From Candidatus Dormibacteria bacterium (GTDB lineage: Bacteria; Chloroflexota; Dormibacteria; Aeolococcales; Aeolococcaceae): a DNA stretch of 64,000 nucleotides. Location of the stretch: NCBI GenBank assembly GCA_050011555.1, contig JBEKIT010000002.1:91419-155418 (forward strand), in the 5' to 3' direction. How positions within the stretch are numbered: position 1 is the stretch's first letter; each line of letters starts with the position of its first letter. The position numbers were made by a program, and so were the translations under genes. A model generated the notes under the pieces. It did not search any database. It was not told the origin of the DNA and saw only the letters and a list, made by a program, of their open reading frames with translations. Positions 54,584 to 64,000 of the stretch are shown one piece after another.

Positions 54584-55303
54584 TTGGCCCATATACTCGA
54601 AGCCGACATGACCGAACGCGGCCGCATCCTGGTGGTCGACGACGAGCCCTCGATCACCGACTTCATCAAGCTGGGGCTGCACCACGAGGGTTACGAGGTG
54701 GTCACCGCCGCCGACGGCCGCCAGGGGCTGAGGGCGGTCGACGACTTCAAGCCCGACCTGGTGATCCTCGATATCATGATGCCGCGGCTGGACGGCTTCG
54801 AGCTCTGCCGGGCCATCGCCGGCGAGCCGCGGCGGGGGATCATCATCCTGAGCGCCCGGGACGAGACGACCGACCGCATCCGCGGCCTGGAGCTGGGCGC
54901 CGACGACTACCTGGTCAAGCCGTTCGAGTTCGGCGAGCTGCTGGCCCGGGTCAAGGCGGTGCTGCGCCGGCGGACCCCCGACCTGAATCGCGTGCTGGTG
55001 GTCGGCGACCTCAGCATCGACACCGCCACCCGGGAGGTCCGGGTCGGCGGCCGCCAGCTCGAGCTGTCGGTCCGCGAGTACGACCTCCTCCACTTCCTCG
55101 CGGTCCACGCCGACGAGGTGCTGCTCCGTCAGCGCATCCTCGACGAGGTCTGGGGCTACAACTTCTTCGGCGACGAGAACAACGTCGAGGTCTACATCCG
55201 GTACCTGCGGCAGAAGCTGGGCGACACCGACCACCAACGCATCCAGACGGTCCGGGGAGTCGGCTACCGGCTGCACGCGGTGAGCGGGGTGGCGCCGGCG
55301 TGA
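54584..55303 (+). CDS. OmpR-family response regulator
   Basis: Receiver DD...D...K residues and a winged-helix output domain (GYRL). Confidence 0.9.
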   Translation: MAHILEADMTERGRILVVDDEPSITDFIKLGLHHEGYEVVTAADGRQGLRAVDDFKPDLVILDIMMPRLDGFELCRAIAGEPRRGIIILSARDETTDRIRGLELGADDYLVKPFEFGELLARVKAVLRRRTPDLNRVLVVGDLSIDTATREVRVGGRQLELSVREYDLLHFLAVHADEVLLRQRILDEVWGYNFFGDENNVEVYIRYLRQKLGDTDHQRIQTVRGVGYRLHAVSGVAPA

Positions 55304-55312
55304 GGTGACCTC

Positions 55313-56755
55313 GTGAGCGGCTTCGGCCGGGCGCTCCGCAGCCTCCGCTGGCGGCTCACCCTCACCTACCTGGTCCTCATCGCGGTCCTGCTGGCGGGGC
55401 TCGGAGCCTTTCAGTACGTGAGCCTCCGGGGCAGCCTCATCGACGCCCGCGTCCAGGCGCTGAGCGGTGACCTGGTGGCCGCCCAGAGGCTATACGCGAG
55501 CGGTGACCTCTCGTCGGCCACCACCGCCGCCAGGGTGCGCACCCTCGGCACCCTGATCCGCTCGGCATCGGGGCAGTCCGTGACCGTGGCCCTCTTCGGT
55601 GCACGCGGTGTGCTCCGGGTGGTGGTCCCCGCCGGGGCCACCCCCCCGAAGCTCGGCCCCCTGACCTTCGACACCATCCTCGCCGACGGCACCCCGAGCC
55701 ACCAGATTGTCGCCTCCGACCTGGTGGCGGGCTTCCCCGTGGGGGTCGACGATCCCTCGCTGGTGCGCACCACCGCGGTGGTCGAGGTCTCGGAGCCGAT
55801 GGCCCCGATCGACAGCATCCTCTCCGGCGACGTCACGGGGCTGGCGGTGGGAGGGGGAGTGCTCCTGCTCCTCGTCCTGCTGGTCGGGCTCCTCCTCACC
55901 AATCGGGCGCTCCGCCCGCTGCGGCGGCTCACCGTCACCGCCGGTCAGCTGGCGAGCGGCGACCTGCGCGCACGCAGCCAGCTGTTCCCGCGGGACGACG
56001 AGGTGGGCCAGCTCGCCGGCGCCTTCGACCATATGGCGGATCGGATCGAGGTGGCGTTCGCGGTGCAGCAGGACTCGGAGAACCGGGTCCGGCGATTCAT
56101 CGCCGACGCGTCGCACGAGCTGCGGACGCCGGTCACCGCCCTCTCCGGCTACATCGAGGTGCTCCGCCGCGGCGCCGCGCAGAGCCCGGAGGCGATGGAC
56201 GCCGCGCTCGGCATGATGTCGCGGGAGGCGGACCGGCTGCGCGTGCTCGTCCTCGATCTGCTCACCCTCGCGCGGCTGGACTCACGGCAGCAGCAGCCGG
56301 AGGACTTCGACCTGGCGGCGGCGGTGGGTCGGCTCCTCGACGAGGGGGTGCCCGGGATGCCGCCGCGCGTCGATCGGGACCTGCCCAGGACGCCGGTGAT
56401 GGTCCACGGCGACCGCGGCGCCATCGCGACGATCGTCCGCAACCTGCTCACCAACGCCTGCAAGTACGCGCCGGGGGCTCGCCAGGTCTGGTCGGTGCGG
56501 GTCGACGCCAAGCGGGCACGGGTCGACGCGCACGACGACGGGCCGGGGATCCCGGCGAGCGACCTTCCCCACATCTTCGAGCGCTTCTACCGCGGGGAGA
56601 AGACGCGCAGTCGCGAGGAGGGGGGGAGTGGGCTCGGGCTCGCCATCGTGCTGGGTCTGGCGCGCGCCCAGGGCGGCGACGTCGCCATCGCCAGCGCCGA
56701 GGGGGCGGGGACCACGGTGACCTTCTGGCTGCCGCTGGCGGGAGCAGGGAGCTAG
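55313..56755 (+). CDS. Sensor histidine kinase (two TM segments, HAMP, HisKA, HATPase_c)
   Basis: H-box ASHELRTPVT, the N, G1 (DDGPGIP) and G2 (GGSGLGLAIV) boxes. Confidence 0.85.
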   Translation: MSGFGRALRSLRWRLTLTYLVLIAVLLAGLGAFQYVSLRGSLIDARVQALSGDLVAAQRLYASGDLSSATTAARVRTLGTLIRSASGQSVTVALFGARGVLRVVVPAGATPPKLGPLTFDTILADGTPSHQIVASDLVAGFPVGVDDPSLVRTTAVVEVSEPMAPIDSILSGDVTGLAVGGGVLLLLVLLVGLLLTNRALRPLRRLTVTAGQLASGDLRARSQLFPRDDEVGQLAGAFDHMADRIEVAFAVQQDSENRVRRFIADASHELRTPVTALSGYIEVLRRGAAQSPEAMDAALGMMSREADRLRVLVLDLLTLARLDSRQQQPEDFDLAAAVGRLLDEGVPGMPPRVDRDLPRTPVMVHGDRGAIATIVRNLLTNACKYAPGARQVWSVRVDAKRARVDAHDDGPGIPASDLPHIFERFYRGEKTRSREEGGSGLGLAIVLGLARAQGGDVAIASAEGAGTTVTFWLPLAGAGS

Positions 56756-56767
56756 CGGTCGCGCCGG

Positions 56768-58059
56768 TCAGGCGACCGGGATGGCCCGGATCTGATAGAC
56801 GGGCTTGGGCGGCAGGGGGGTGTCGACCAGGGCGTCCGCGAACGTCTGGCTGCAGCTGGTCTCCGCCTGCGTCTGGGTCGCGAGGACGTTGCCGCCCAGG
56901 CCGCCGCCGGGCAGCACGCATTCGTAGCGGGCCGACCCGTCGCCCCCGACCCACCCCACGAAGGCCGTGACGCTCACGTCCTAGGCGGCGGTGACGGTGG
57001 CCCCGGCGGCCGGGATGCTGCCCTCCCACTGATCTGCGTGTAGTAGTGGGTCACGCAGCTTCCCGAGCTGAGCGCCGGCACGTCCTCGGTGGTCCCGTCG
57101 CCGAAGTTCCAGTGCACCGAATCGGAGGGCGCCACCGAGAGATAGAAGGAGTAGACGATGGAGACGCCCTGGGAGTCGGGCGCGCCCATCAGGTCGTCGA
57201 TGGTCGGAGCCACGTCGTCGCCCTCGGGCTGTGGAGCGACCCAGAAGCAGGTGGGGGCGAAGACCAGGTAGTTGTCCGGGGCGTCGGTCTCGACCTGGCC
57301 GGCGGCGACGGTGAGCTGGGCGAGGGCCTGTGCCTCGGTCGCGGGTACCGAGAACGGCGCGGCAGGCGGGACGCCGGGTCCGGGGTTGTGGGCCGGTACG
57401 GTGGTCGCGCTCACGGTGAGCACCCCCGGGTCGTGGCAGAGGCCGTTCTGCCAGGTCCCCGGCGTGGTCGGGTCGGAGGTGACCTTCACGTCCACGACGT
57501 CGTCATCGATCCCGGAGAAGACCTACAGCCCGTTGGCGAGGCCCTTGCCGATCAGGTATGTCGGGGGCGCCGGAGGGTAGGGCGAGAGCGGCGCGTCCCA
57601 GTTGCCCCCGGGGACGGTCGTCGAGTCGCTGCCGGAGTAGAAAGCGTCGGTGTCGGTGGCGAACTCCCCGCCGGTGGTGCCGCTCCAGAAGGCGATCGGG
57701 AATGCCTCCAGTCTGCCCGCCCCGCCGGCGGGCGTGATCTCGGTCGATCGACCGATGAGCTGCGCCTCCTCCCACCCGGTGTCGATGGTGCAGGCGCCGG
57801 TCCGAACCTCGGCCGGGGTGCCCTGGCCGGTTCCCCCGTTGCGGCCGTCGGTGCCCGTGCCCGGGCAGTAGAGGGTGAGATCGCCGGCCGCCGTGAGGCT
57901 GCCGGAGGTTGGCCTGAGGATGGTGAGGCCCGTGGCGGTCTGACAATCGAAGGAGCCTGCGCCGCCGCCGCCGCCGCCCGCCGCTCGCGCCGTCCCGCCT
58001 GGCACGGACCAGAGGATTGCGAGGATTGGAAGCGCGATCATCGCGCGACAGAGCCTCAC
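56768..58059 (-). pseudogene. Secreted Gly/Thr-rich protein with a PKD-like domain, interrupted by an in-frame TAG (57523-57525) and a frame change near 56975
   Basis: Signal peptide MRLCRAMIALPILAILWS. ORF1 and ORF2 are in the same frame, separated only by TAG plus 9 codons. ORF2 has the PKD-like WNFGDGTT...THYYT. A third ORF continues in another frame to 56768. Confidence 0.45.
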
Positions 58060-58937
58060 ACGCCGCTCTCCGCGAGGATCGACGCTACATCGGCACCTGC
58101 GCTTGAGTTGACTGAGGCTTCCATCTCCAAGTAGTCACCCAAGGCCGGGGCGGTCTTCGTCTCAGTGATCTCGAGCTCCTGATACTCTTGGCCCGCGCCT
58201 ATTGGGTAGTCGGTGACCTGACCAGTCGCTGACGTCCACTCGGTGATACAGGGACCCGCCCAAGTCAACGCGTACGCGACGCCGGGAGTGCTGATGCGAG
58301 CTCCCGTGAACTCGGACATCTCATCAGCCGTGATGATCATTGCGTACACCTTGATCGGGTACTCGCAGGCGGCCGTTTCGTCCACTACCTTGCCGCCTTG
58401 TTCGATGAAGGCGGTCACGTTGTTCCCCGTCGGAAGCAGGAAGCGCATGAAATCGTACTGTGCGTGCTGCCCCGCCCACTCCCAAAGAGCCCAGAGGGTG
58501 CTGTCGAGCTGCACCCACGTCGCGAGGGCCGCATCGGTCACTTGACCACCGGTCAGGTTCTTCGTTTGTACTGGGAGAGGGTTCGGCGTGATCTCAGAGC
58601 ACGCAGGGACCATCGTCGCGTACATCTGGAACCACGCTTGCTTTACGGCCGTCAGGTTCGGGAGGTTGAGTTGGTCGTTGGCCAGCGCCGATGCTGCTCC
58701 GGGGATCGGCGTGTCCTGTGCGTCGCAAAACGAGGCGGGTGTGTCGGCCGGGGTTGACGTGGGTGTCGCCGATGGGACGTGGGCCCGCGTACTCGCCGGG
58801 ACGGCTGATGGAGATGCCGTTGCACCACAGCCCGGGAGCAGCCCGATCGCGATAGATAGCGCGATGATCCGGGCGGCACTTCTGAGCCAGCCCCGGCGCG
58901 CGTGGCTCGCGGGTATTCGTGCGGGACGGGCGCCCAT
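58056..58937 (-). CDS. Lipoprotein of unknown function. Start taken at the Met preceding the lipobox LLPGC.
   Basis: Signal peptide with lipobox. Reduced GC relative to its surroundings. Confidence 0.5.
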   Translation of the reverse strand: MGARPARIPASHARRGWLRSAARIIALSIAIGLLPGCGATASPSAVPASTRAHVPSATPTSTPADTPASFCDAQDTPIPGAASALANDQLNLPNLTAVKQAWFQMYATMVPACSEITPNPLPVQTKNLTGGQVTDAALATWVQLDSTLWALWEWAGQHAQYDFMRFLLPTGNNVTAFIEQGGKVVDETAACEYPIKVYAMIITADEMSEFTGARISTPGVAYALTWAGPCITEWTSATGQVTDYPIGAGQEYQELEITETKTAPALGDYLEMEASVNSSAGADVASILAESGV

Positions 58938-59245
58938 GGTCTCTCCTTCCCCAGAAACCGCAGGTTGCGGCGGCGCAGCATACAGACAACCGCACCCCGT
59001 TTGCTGAAGGCGCCGCTGGCCCCGATCCCGCGCTGGGTCACGGCGCACCTGATTGTCCGGAACGGGCCACTCCCCGCTACTCCCGGAGGTCACCATGACC
59101 GCCAGCCTATGGGGCGCCCTCAGACACGGGGCGGACATTCCAGACCTCGTTCCTTGATCGGCCCGCCAAGCCCGCTCCCCGACACCGCAGGCTGGGTGAT
59201 GTAGCTGAGCGAGTGTACCTGTGCGGCTTCCGCCCCGTGGGCGGT

Positions 59246-59731
59246 TCACCCGGGGTGCAAACGCCCGTCGCGGCTGGCATCGAAGTCGCGCACGAAGTCC
59301 TGGAGGTCGTCTACCATGAGAAGCCTCCGGGCGCCCTTGGAGCGAAGGTTATCGAACAGATTCGCGGCGAAGCGGCGCGCCAGGCGGCCGTCGCCCGGTC
59401 TACGGTAGTCCTCGAGGTCCACCATGAAACGGAAGCTGGCGAAGTCGAGGACACCGTCCGACTCGTAGTCGTGGCCATCGATGACGTCTGCCAGCATGGC
59501 CGCGTTCCAGAGCGAGACCCCCTCGGTCCCCCAGTCGGTCGTGAAGGGTCGACTGTCAACGCCGGACAGCGCGGCCTCTCGGGCGGCTGCGACGACGGCG
59601 TCGAGCGAGAATGGCCCATCAATGAAGGGTTGCCACTCGATGTGGCTGTCGTCGTCTATGGCCATGAGATCTCCCAAGCGGCGCCGATGATTCTTATGGT
59701 TGTCAAGCGATTCCTGCCGGCGCCCAGTCAC
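59246..59731 (-). CDS. Small ORF in the position of a putative immunity gene (function unknown). It overlaps the upstream toxin-like gene by 4 nt.
   Basis: Translational coupling (ATGA) and reduced GC. No family motif recognised. Confidence 0.4.
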   Translation of the reverse strand: MTGRRQESLDNHKNHRRRLGDLMAIDDDSHIEWQPFIDGPFSLDAVVAAAREAALSGVDSRPFTTDWGTEGVSLWNAAMLADVIDGHDYESDGVLDFASFRFMVDLEDYRRPGDGRLARRFAANLFDNLRSKGARRLLMVDDLQDFVRDFDASRDGRLHPG

Positions 59732-60741
59732 CTCCGAAGGCCGCGCAGTGCCTCTATCTCTGTCAGGTCGGATTCACGGCCATCCAAAATTGCACTCGCC
59801 ACCTGTCCAGGCGTCAACGTTCCGAACTGCCCGTTGGCGCTCTTCAGCGCGCTTCGAACTGTGACGATGGTGGCCGAGCCGCCCGGCGGTCCGGTGAGCG
59901 TCTTGAACTCTGTAGGCTGTCCGTCGACCAGCGCATCGTACATACGTTGACCGGGAACCCCAGATTCCGCCACCGAGACCACGGTGTGCCCTTCGCCGGC
60001 GAGGAACTGGCCCACCCGGAGTTCATCCGGTGAGAACGGGCGCGCAGAATCGTCCACCGCGGACCCGTCGTCGGCGGCCGGCGGGTTGAGGTTGGCATCG
60101 CCCCCGCCCCCCGGCCCAAGGTCCCCATGGAAGTCGCCCCCGGCGCTGTGCCACAGCCCACCCTCGACCTCCGAGAGCGCCCCATTGAGCGCGCTGCTCG
60201 CCGCCTCTCCGGCGTCGAAGATGGGCACGACGTCGTCGCCCGTCTGGTCGAAGTCGGGGTCCGTCCGATCCAGGAGGTCGGCCCCGAGCTGGCTGAGGGC
60301 GTCAGAGCCGAAGCCACTGAGGGCGCCTCCCTGGGCGGCGTTGAGGACGGTGAGCGCGGCCATCAGGCCGAGCTGGATCCAGTGCTCGTTCTGGGCGTGC
60401 TCGAGCTCGTCGGCGTAGTCGCGCAGCTCCCGGGCGAAGGCGACGAGGTTGTCGCCCAGAGTGTTGAGGACGGTGGAGGGCGAGCCCCGGGTGCCGGCCG
60501 TCCACGCGCCGCGGAATGAGGTGGCGGCCGTCCCGGTCCACGATTGGGTGAGGGTGATGACGGCGTCATCGAGGGCGAGGGTCGCCCTGCGGTACTCGGC
60601 GGTGAGCGCGTCGACCATCTCGGCGATCTGGCGGATGCGCCCCGGATCGCCGGCCGGCCCGGTGAGGAAGCCGCCCATGTCGCCGAGGACGTTGCCCGCA
60701 CCGGTGAGCAGGAAGGTGGACAGGTCTCCCCCCGCTGACAT
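59728..60741 (-). CDS. Putative WXG100-like polymorphic toxin: N-terminal WXG100-like domain, Gly/Asp-rich linker, and C-terminal restriction-endonuclease-fold (PD-(D/E)xK) nuclease-like domain
   Basis: LTQSWTGTAATSFRGAW (WxG) with a YADELEHAQ helix. C-terminal AESG...YDALVDGQPTEFKTL fits a D-x9-E-x-K core. GC drops across the C-terminal half. Confidence 0.55.
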   Translation of the reverse strand: MSAGGDLSTFLLTGAGNVLGDMGGFLTGPAGDPGRIRQIAEMVDALTAEYRRATLALDDAVITLTQSWTGTAATSFRGAWTAGTRGSPSTVLNTLGDNLVAFARELRDYADELEHAQNEHWIQLGLMAALTVLNAAQGGALSGFGSDALSQLGADLLDRTDPDFDQTGDDVVPIFDAGEAASSALNGALSEVEGGLWHSAGGDFHGDLGPGGGGDANLNPPAADDGSAVDDSARPFSPDELRVGQFLAGEGHTVVSVAESGVPGQRMYDALVDGQPTEFKTLTGPPGGSATIVTVRSALKSANGQFGTLTPGQVASAILDGRESDLTEIEALRGLRR

Positions 60742-60871
60742 GGGCCGAACCTATGGGCCCGGAGCGGACACCACCCGGACAATCGGTCGGGGCCACGCCC
60801 CGGCGAACCTGACCCGCCGAGGCCGGGGAACGGGATGCCCCTCGACGCGACAGCCGCCCGGCCTCCGGACG

Positions 60872-61445
60872 CTACGGCGCCAGCCGCTCCCTCACCCCGG
60901 CGGCACCGGCGCGGCGGAAGCGGATGCGGTCGTGGAGCCGGTCCTCTCGCCCCTGCCAGAACTCGAAGATCTCCGGCACGACCCGATAGCCGCCCCACTC
61001 CGGAGGCCGGGAGATGGCGTTGTCGTCGGGGAACCGGCGTCTCGCCTCTGCCCACCGGCGCTCCAGCTCGTCCCGCCCGGAGACCACCTGGCTCTGCGGG
61101 GATGCCCACACCGACAGCCGTCCGCCCACCGGGCCGTCCCGGAAGTGGGCGTCCGAGAGCTCATCCCCGAGCCGTTCGACGCGCCCCTCGACCCGCCTGT
61201 CGGTGGATCGGCCGGGTCCAGCGCAGCACCAGGGCAACCTCTGCCCGTCCGTCCATCTCCACGCCCTTGCGGCTCAGCCGGTGGGTGTGGAAGACGAGCC
61301 CGTCGTGATCCGCCCCGCGCAGCAGGACGACGCGCACCGAGGGCGCTCCCGCGGGCGACACGGTTGCCAGCGCCATCGCGTTGGCCGCCTCGTCGCCTGC
61401 CTCGCGCCAGCGCAAGCCACGAGTGGAGCGCCGCGAACGGGTCAT
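60872..61445 (-). pseudogene. pdxH: Pyridoxamine/pyridoxine 5'-phosphate oxidase with an apparent frameshift near 61195-61240
   Basis: ORF 61161-61445 encodes the N-terminal half (VRVVLLRGADHDGLVFHTHRLSRKG). ORF 60872-61237 encodes the C-terminal half (RVEGRVERL...SRPPEWGGYRVVPEIFEFWQGREDRLHDRIRF) in another frame. Confidence 0.7.
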
Positions 61446-61535
61446 CGCCGAGGTCCGCCGAGCGGAGGGGCGGATGGTCGTCGGGGAGGTCTGGTGGCAT
61501 CCAAGCTCCTGCCGGCAGGCCGCCTAAGGTGCAGC

Positions 61536-62942
61536 CTAAGGGGGGCCGTCTACGTAGTAGTGGCGGCGCCACCTCACGAAGAGGCCCACCACCAGCAGGA
61601 CGAATGCCAGCTCGAAGACGAGCGGGGTCGGGAAGTGGAACACCGCCCCCGCGACCTGGGCGGCCACGGAGGCCGGGGCAGTCGGGGTGGACGTCGGCTT
61701 GGGGACCGTCCCCTGGCCGGTCGCCGGCGGCAGGGTTCCCCCCGATGCAGGCAGGGTGGTGAGGGCGCCCGAGGCGGTGGTCAGCACCGGGGGCGACGGC
61801 GCGGTCGTGTCGACCTCGCGGTAGATGGCGGCACCGCCCTGGTCGGGATCGAGCGCCGCGATTACGGTGGCGTAGGGCTCCCCGGCCGCCACCGCGATGC
61901 TCTCCACCTCCTGCCGCGCCGGCTCTCCCGCGGCGTGGTCGGTCGGGAGGCCCTGGTTGGCGGCACTGAAGCTCTGTCCCCCGTCGGTGGACCGGAAGAG
62001 CCCGCCCCCGCTGCTCCCGCCGGCATCGGCACCGGCATAGACGAGGTTGGGATCGAGGGGGCTGAAGGTCGCGTCGGTCAGGGAGGTCCCCTGCGGGATC
62101 CCGGTGGAGGCCGTCCACGTCGTGCCGCCATCCCCGGAGCGGTACGTCCCCTTGGCGGTGGTCACCAGGATCGGGTTGGCCGGGATCGCCTGAGAGGTGG
62201 GGCCGATGCTGATCGAGCTCACCAGATCGCCGGACGACAGCCCCTGGCTGATCGGCTGCCACTCCCCGTCGGTCGGGTTGCGCCGGTACAGGAAGGTGCC
62301 CCCGGTGTTCGGGTAGTCGACCCCGGCGTAGAAGACCGGCCCCGCCGAGCCGGCGACCCCGGCCACCGCGCTGATGCTGTCCCCGCTCAACCCTCCCGGG
62401 TACCAGGTGGTGCCGGTGGCGGAGAGGGCGACCCCGTCGTCGGTTCCTGCGGCCAGCCCACCCGGGGTCACCACGATGTCCCTGACGTCCAGGTTGGGCA
62501 GCGCTGACGAGTCGTCCGTCCAGGTAGTGCCCTGGTCGGTGGAGGTCCGGATCCCCCCGCCGGCGAGACCGGCGTAGAGGGTCTCCCCGGTGCCGGACGA
62601 GGTCTGGAAGGCGACAGCCCAGACCCGCGTGCCGTGGAACCCGGCGGCCGACCAGGTGTTGCCGCCGTCCGAGCTCAGATACACGCCGTTGTCGGTCGCG
62701 GCGGCGGCGAGCTGGGGGTTGCCCGGGTCGAAGGCCACCTGCCAGATCTCGCCGCTGCCCAACCCAGCGAGGCTCCCCGCCGGGGCCCACGCCGCGGCAC
62801 CGACCGAGCTCGAGAGGGCGCAGCAGAGAGCGAGGGTGGCGGCGATGCCGGCCCCCGCGGTGGCCGCGAGCCGCCGCGGCCACAGACGGTGACGGAGAGG
62901 GGGCAGGTTCCTGGTGGAGGTTGCGATCCGAATGGTGTCCAA
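61536..62942 (-). CDS. Cell-surface BNR/Asp-box repeat beta-propeller protein with a signal peptide and a C-terminal TM anchor
   Basis: Repeated S-x-D-x-G-x-T-W boxes (SSDGGNTWS, STDQGTTW, SGDGGTTW, STDGGQSF). C-terminal hydrophobic helix followed by RWRRHYY. Confidence 0.7.
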   Translation of the reverse strand: MDTIRIATSTRNLPPLRHRLWPRRLAATAGAGIAATLALCCALSSSVGAAAWAPAGSLAGLGSGEIWQVAFDPGNPQLAAAATDNGVYLSSDGGNTWSAAGFHGTRVWAVAFQTSSGTGETLYAGLAGGGIRTSTDQGTTWTDDSSALPNLDVRDIVVTPGGLAAGTDDGVALSATGTTWYPGGLSGDSISAVAGVAGSAGPVFYAGVDYPNTGGTFLYRRNPTDGEWQPISQGLSSGDLVSSISIGPTSQAIPANPILVTTAKGTYRSGDGGTTWTASTGIPQGTSLTDATFSPLDPNLVYAGADAGGSSGGGLFRSTDGGQSFSAANQGLPTDHAAGEPARQEVESIAVAAGEPYATVIAALDPDQGGAAIYREVDTTAPSPPVLTTASGALTTLPASGGTLPPATGQGTVPKPTSTPTAPASVAAQVAGAVFHFPTPLVFELAFVLLVVGLFVRWRRHYYVDGPP

Positions 62943-63235
62943 GGGCGGGCGAATGAGGGGTGGCGTAGGGGTGGGGTCCCCGCCCCGGCCGGTCGCGGCG
63001 GCCGGCGAGCCGGGCCAGGATAGCAGCGATGCCCTCTCGATGCCTCGTCTCCGGCTCGGCGCAGTGCCTGCGACGGAACCTCCGAGTGCTCCCGGGATCC
63101 CCGCCCCGTCCAGGGTAGACGTTCAGTGGCCCGCGCAGTCTCGAAACGCCAACTGGTCTATACCAGTTGTACACTCTTCACATGACCATCCGGGGATGCA
63201 AGCCGGCGCCGACCCACCACCGAGGTCGCCGGCTA

Positions 63236-64000
63236 TGAACGGAAAGGCGATGGCGGCGGAGATGGCCGAGCAGCCGGCGGTGCTCGAGCGCTTGGTCCAG
63301 CGCCGCGCCGCCGTGGCCGCGGAGGTGCGGGCGGTGGTTCCACACCCGCTGTGCGGCATCACCCTGGTGGCCCGGGGCTCATCCGACAATGCCGCCTTGT
63401 ACGGCCGCTACATCCTGGAGATGGCGTCCCGCCGCCCGGCCGGCCTGACCGCCCCCAGCATCCACACCCTGTACCGGTCGCCGGTGGAGATGGACGGATA
63501 CCTGGTGGTCGCGATCAGCCAGTCGGGCAGGACCCCGGAGATCCTCACGGTGCTCCGCCGCCTCCGTGAGCAGGGGGCTCGCACCGTGGCGATCGTGAAC
63601 GGCGCCGGCTCACCGCTCGACGAGGAGGCCGAGGTGACCGTCCACCTCGACGCCGGCCCGGAGGTCGCCGTGCCGGCGACCAAGACCTTCACCGCCACGC
63701 TGGTGGCCCTCGGTCTGATCGCCGCCGCGGTGGGCGACGTCGCCTGGAGCGACGCCGACATCGCCGCCCTCCCGGGTCAGGTCGAGCGCCTGCTGGCGGA
63801 CCCGGTGCCGTCGGACCGGCTCGCCGCCGCGATCGGGGAGGGTGACCGGGTGCTGGTCACCGGCCGAGGGTTGCTGCTGGTGGCGGCGCTGGAGACGGCT
63901 CTCAAGATCCGGGAGACGGCGGGGATCCTCGCCGAGGGCATCTCGCCGGCCGATCTCCGGCACGGCCCCATCGCCGCCGTCGGTCCCGGGTTCCCGGTCC
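63236..64000 (+). CDS. SIS-domain sugar-phosphate isomerase/aminotransferase-like protein (GlmS C-terminal domain / NagB-II-like), 3'-partial. It runs off the window end and is not in the ORF track.
   Basis: Manual translation from the ATG at 63236 gives VARGSSDNAALYGRYILE ... AISQSGRTPE ... the typical SIS motifs. No stop before position 64000. Confidence 0.65.

Noticed and set aside
56974-56983. Possible second in-frame amber codon at the ORF2/ORF3 junction of the PKD protein
   Set aside because: On rechecking, the stop that ends ORF2 is TGA and ORF3 is in a different frame. Only one TAG (57523-57525) is in-frame, and no pyl or suppressor genes are visible in the window. Treated as a pseudogene, not recoding.
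60892-63174. 760-aa ORF spanning the BNR protein locus
   Set aside because: It is a frame-extended artefact. The real gene is 61536-62942 (signal peptide through C-terminal TM). The upstream part has no coding signature and overlaps pdxH.

Overview
This 64 kb window is about 70-72% GC and reads as the replication-origin neighbourhood of a bacterial chromosome. The F420-type nitroreductase, InhA-like FabI, a WXG100-like toxin and DUF4388 suggest an actinobacterium or similar lineage. Most of the density is ordinary housekeeping genes. The origin-proximal genes are all present but in a non-canonical arrangement.

Origin core. parA-parB lie on the plus strand. sodA, lepB, ndk and an M16 peptidase follow. 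jag-yidC-yidD-rnpA-rpmH are on the minus strand and dnaA-dnaN on the plus strand. DnaA boxes sit upstream of dnaA and in the dnaA-dnaN spacer. rsmG/gidB is absent.

Inverted recF module. recF and a DUF721 (DciA-like) gene are inverted relative to dnaA-dnaN. They are translationally coupled to a GT28 glycosyltransferase, a TolB/Ig-like lipoprotein and a two-domain DUF4388 protein on the minus strand.

Other genes. These include folK-folP (folP with an N-terminal extension), a TPR-zincin protein, amt, and an orphan beta-class DNA methyltransferase with a Cys-rich repeat protein beside it. There are two tandem GDP-mannose 4,6-dehydratase paralogs with a Wzx-like flippase. A large Upf1-like SF1 helicase carries a zinc ribbon and a poly-Arg tail. 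A glutaredoxin-PDZ fusion, fabI-fabF, MFS/TetR genes, an ArsR-SRPBCC regulator, tRNA-Lys(CTT) and an OmpR/histidine-kinase pair are also present.

Most unusual segment. At roughly 56.8-60.7 kb there is a reduced-GC minus-strand gene string. It holds a WXG100-like protein with a C-terminal PD-(D/E)xK nuclease-like domain, an overlapping small ORF in the immunity position, a lipoprotein, and a PKD-domain secreted protein interrupted by an in-frame TAG and a frame change.

Assembly caveat. Four apparent frameshift or stop lesions occur in the window: the GT4 gene at a G9 tract, the GGDEF-EAL gene, pdxH, and the PKD protein. This points to pseudogenisation or consensus errors. Coordinates I derived from the sequence text, rather than from the ORF track, may be off by 1-2 nt.
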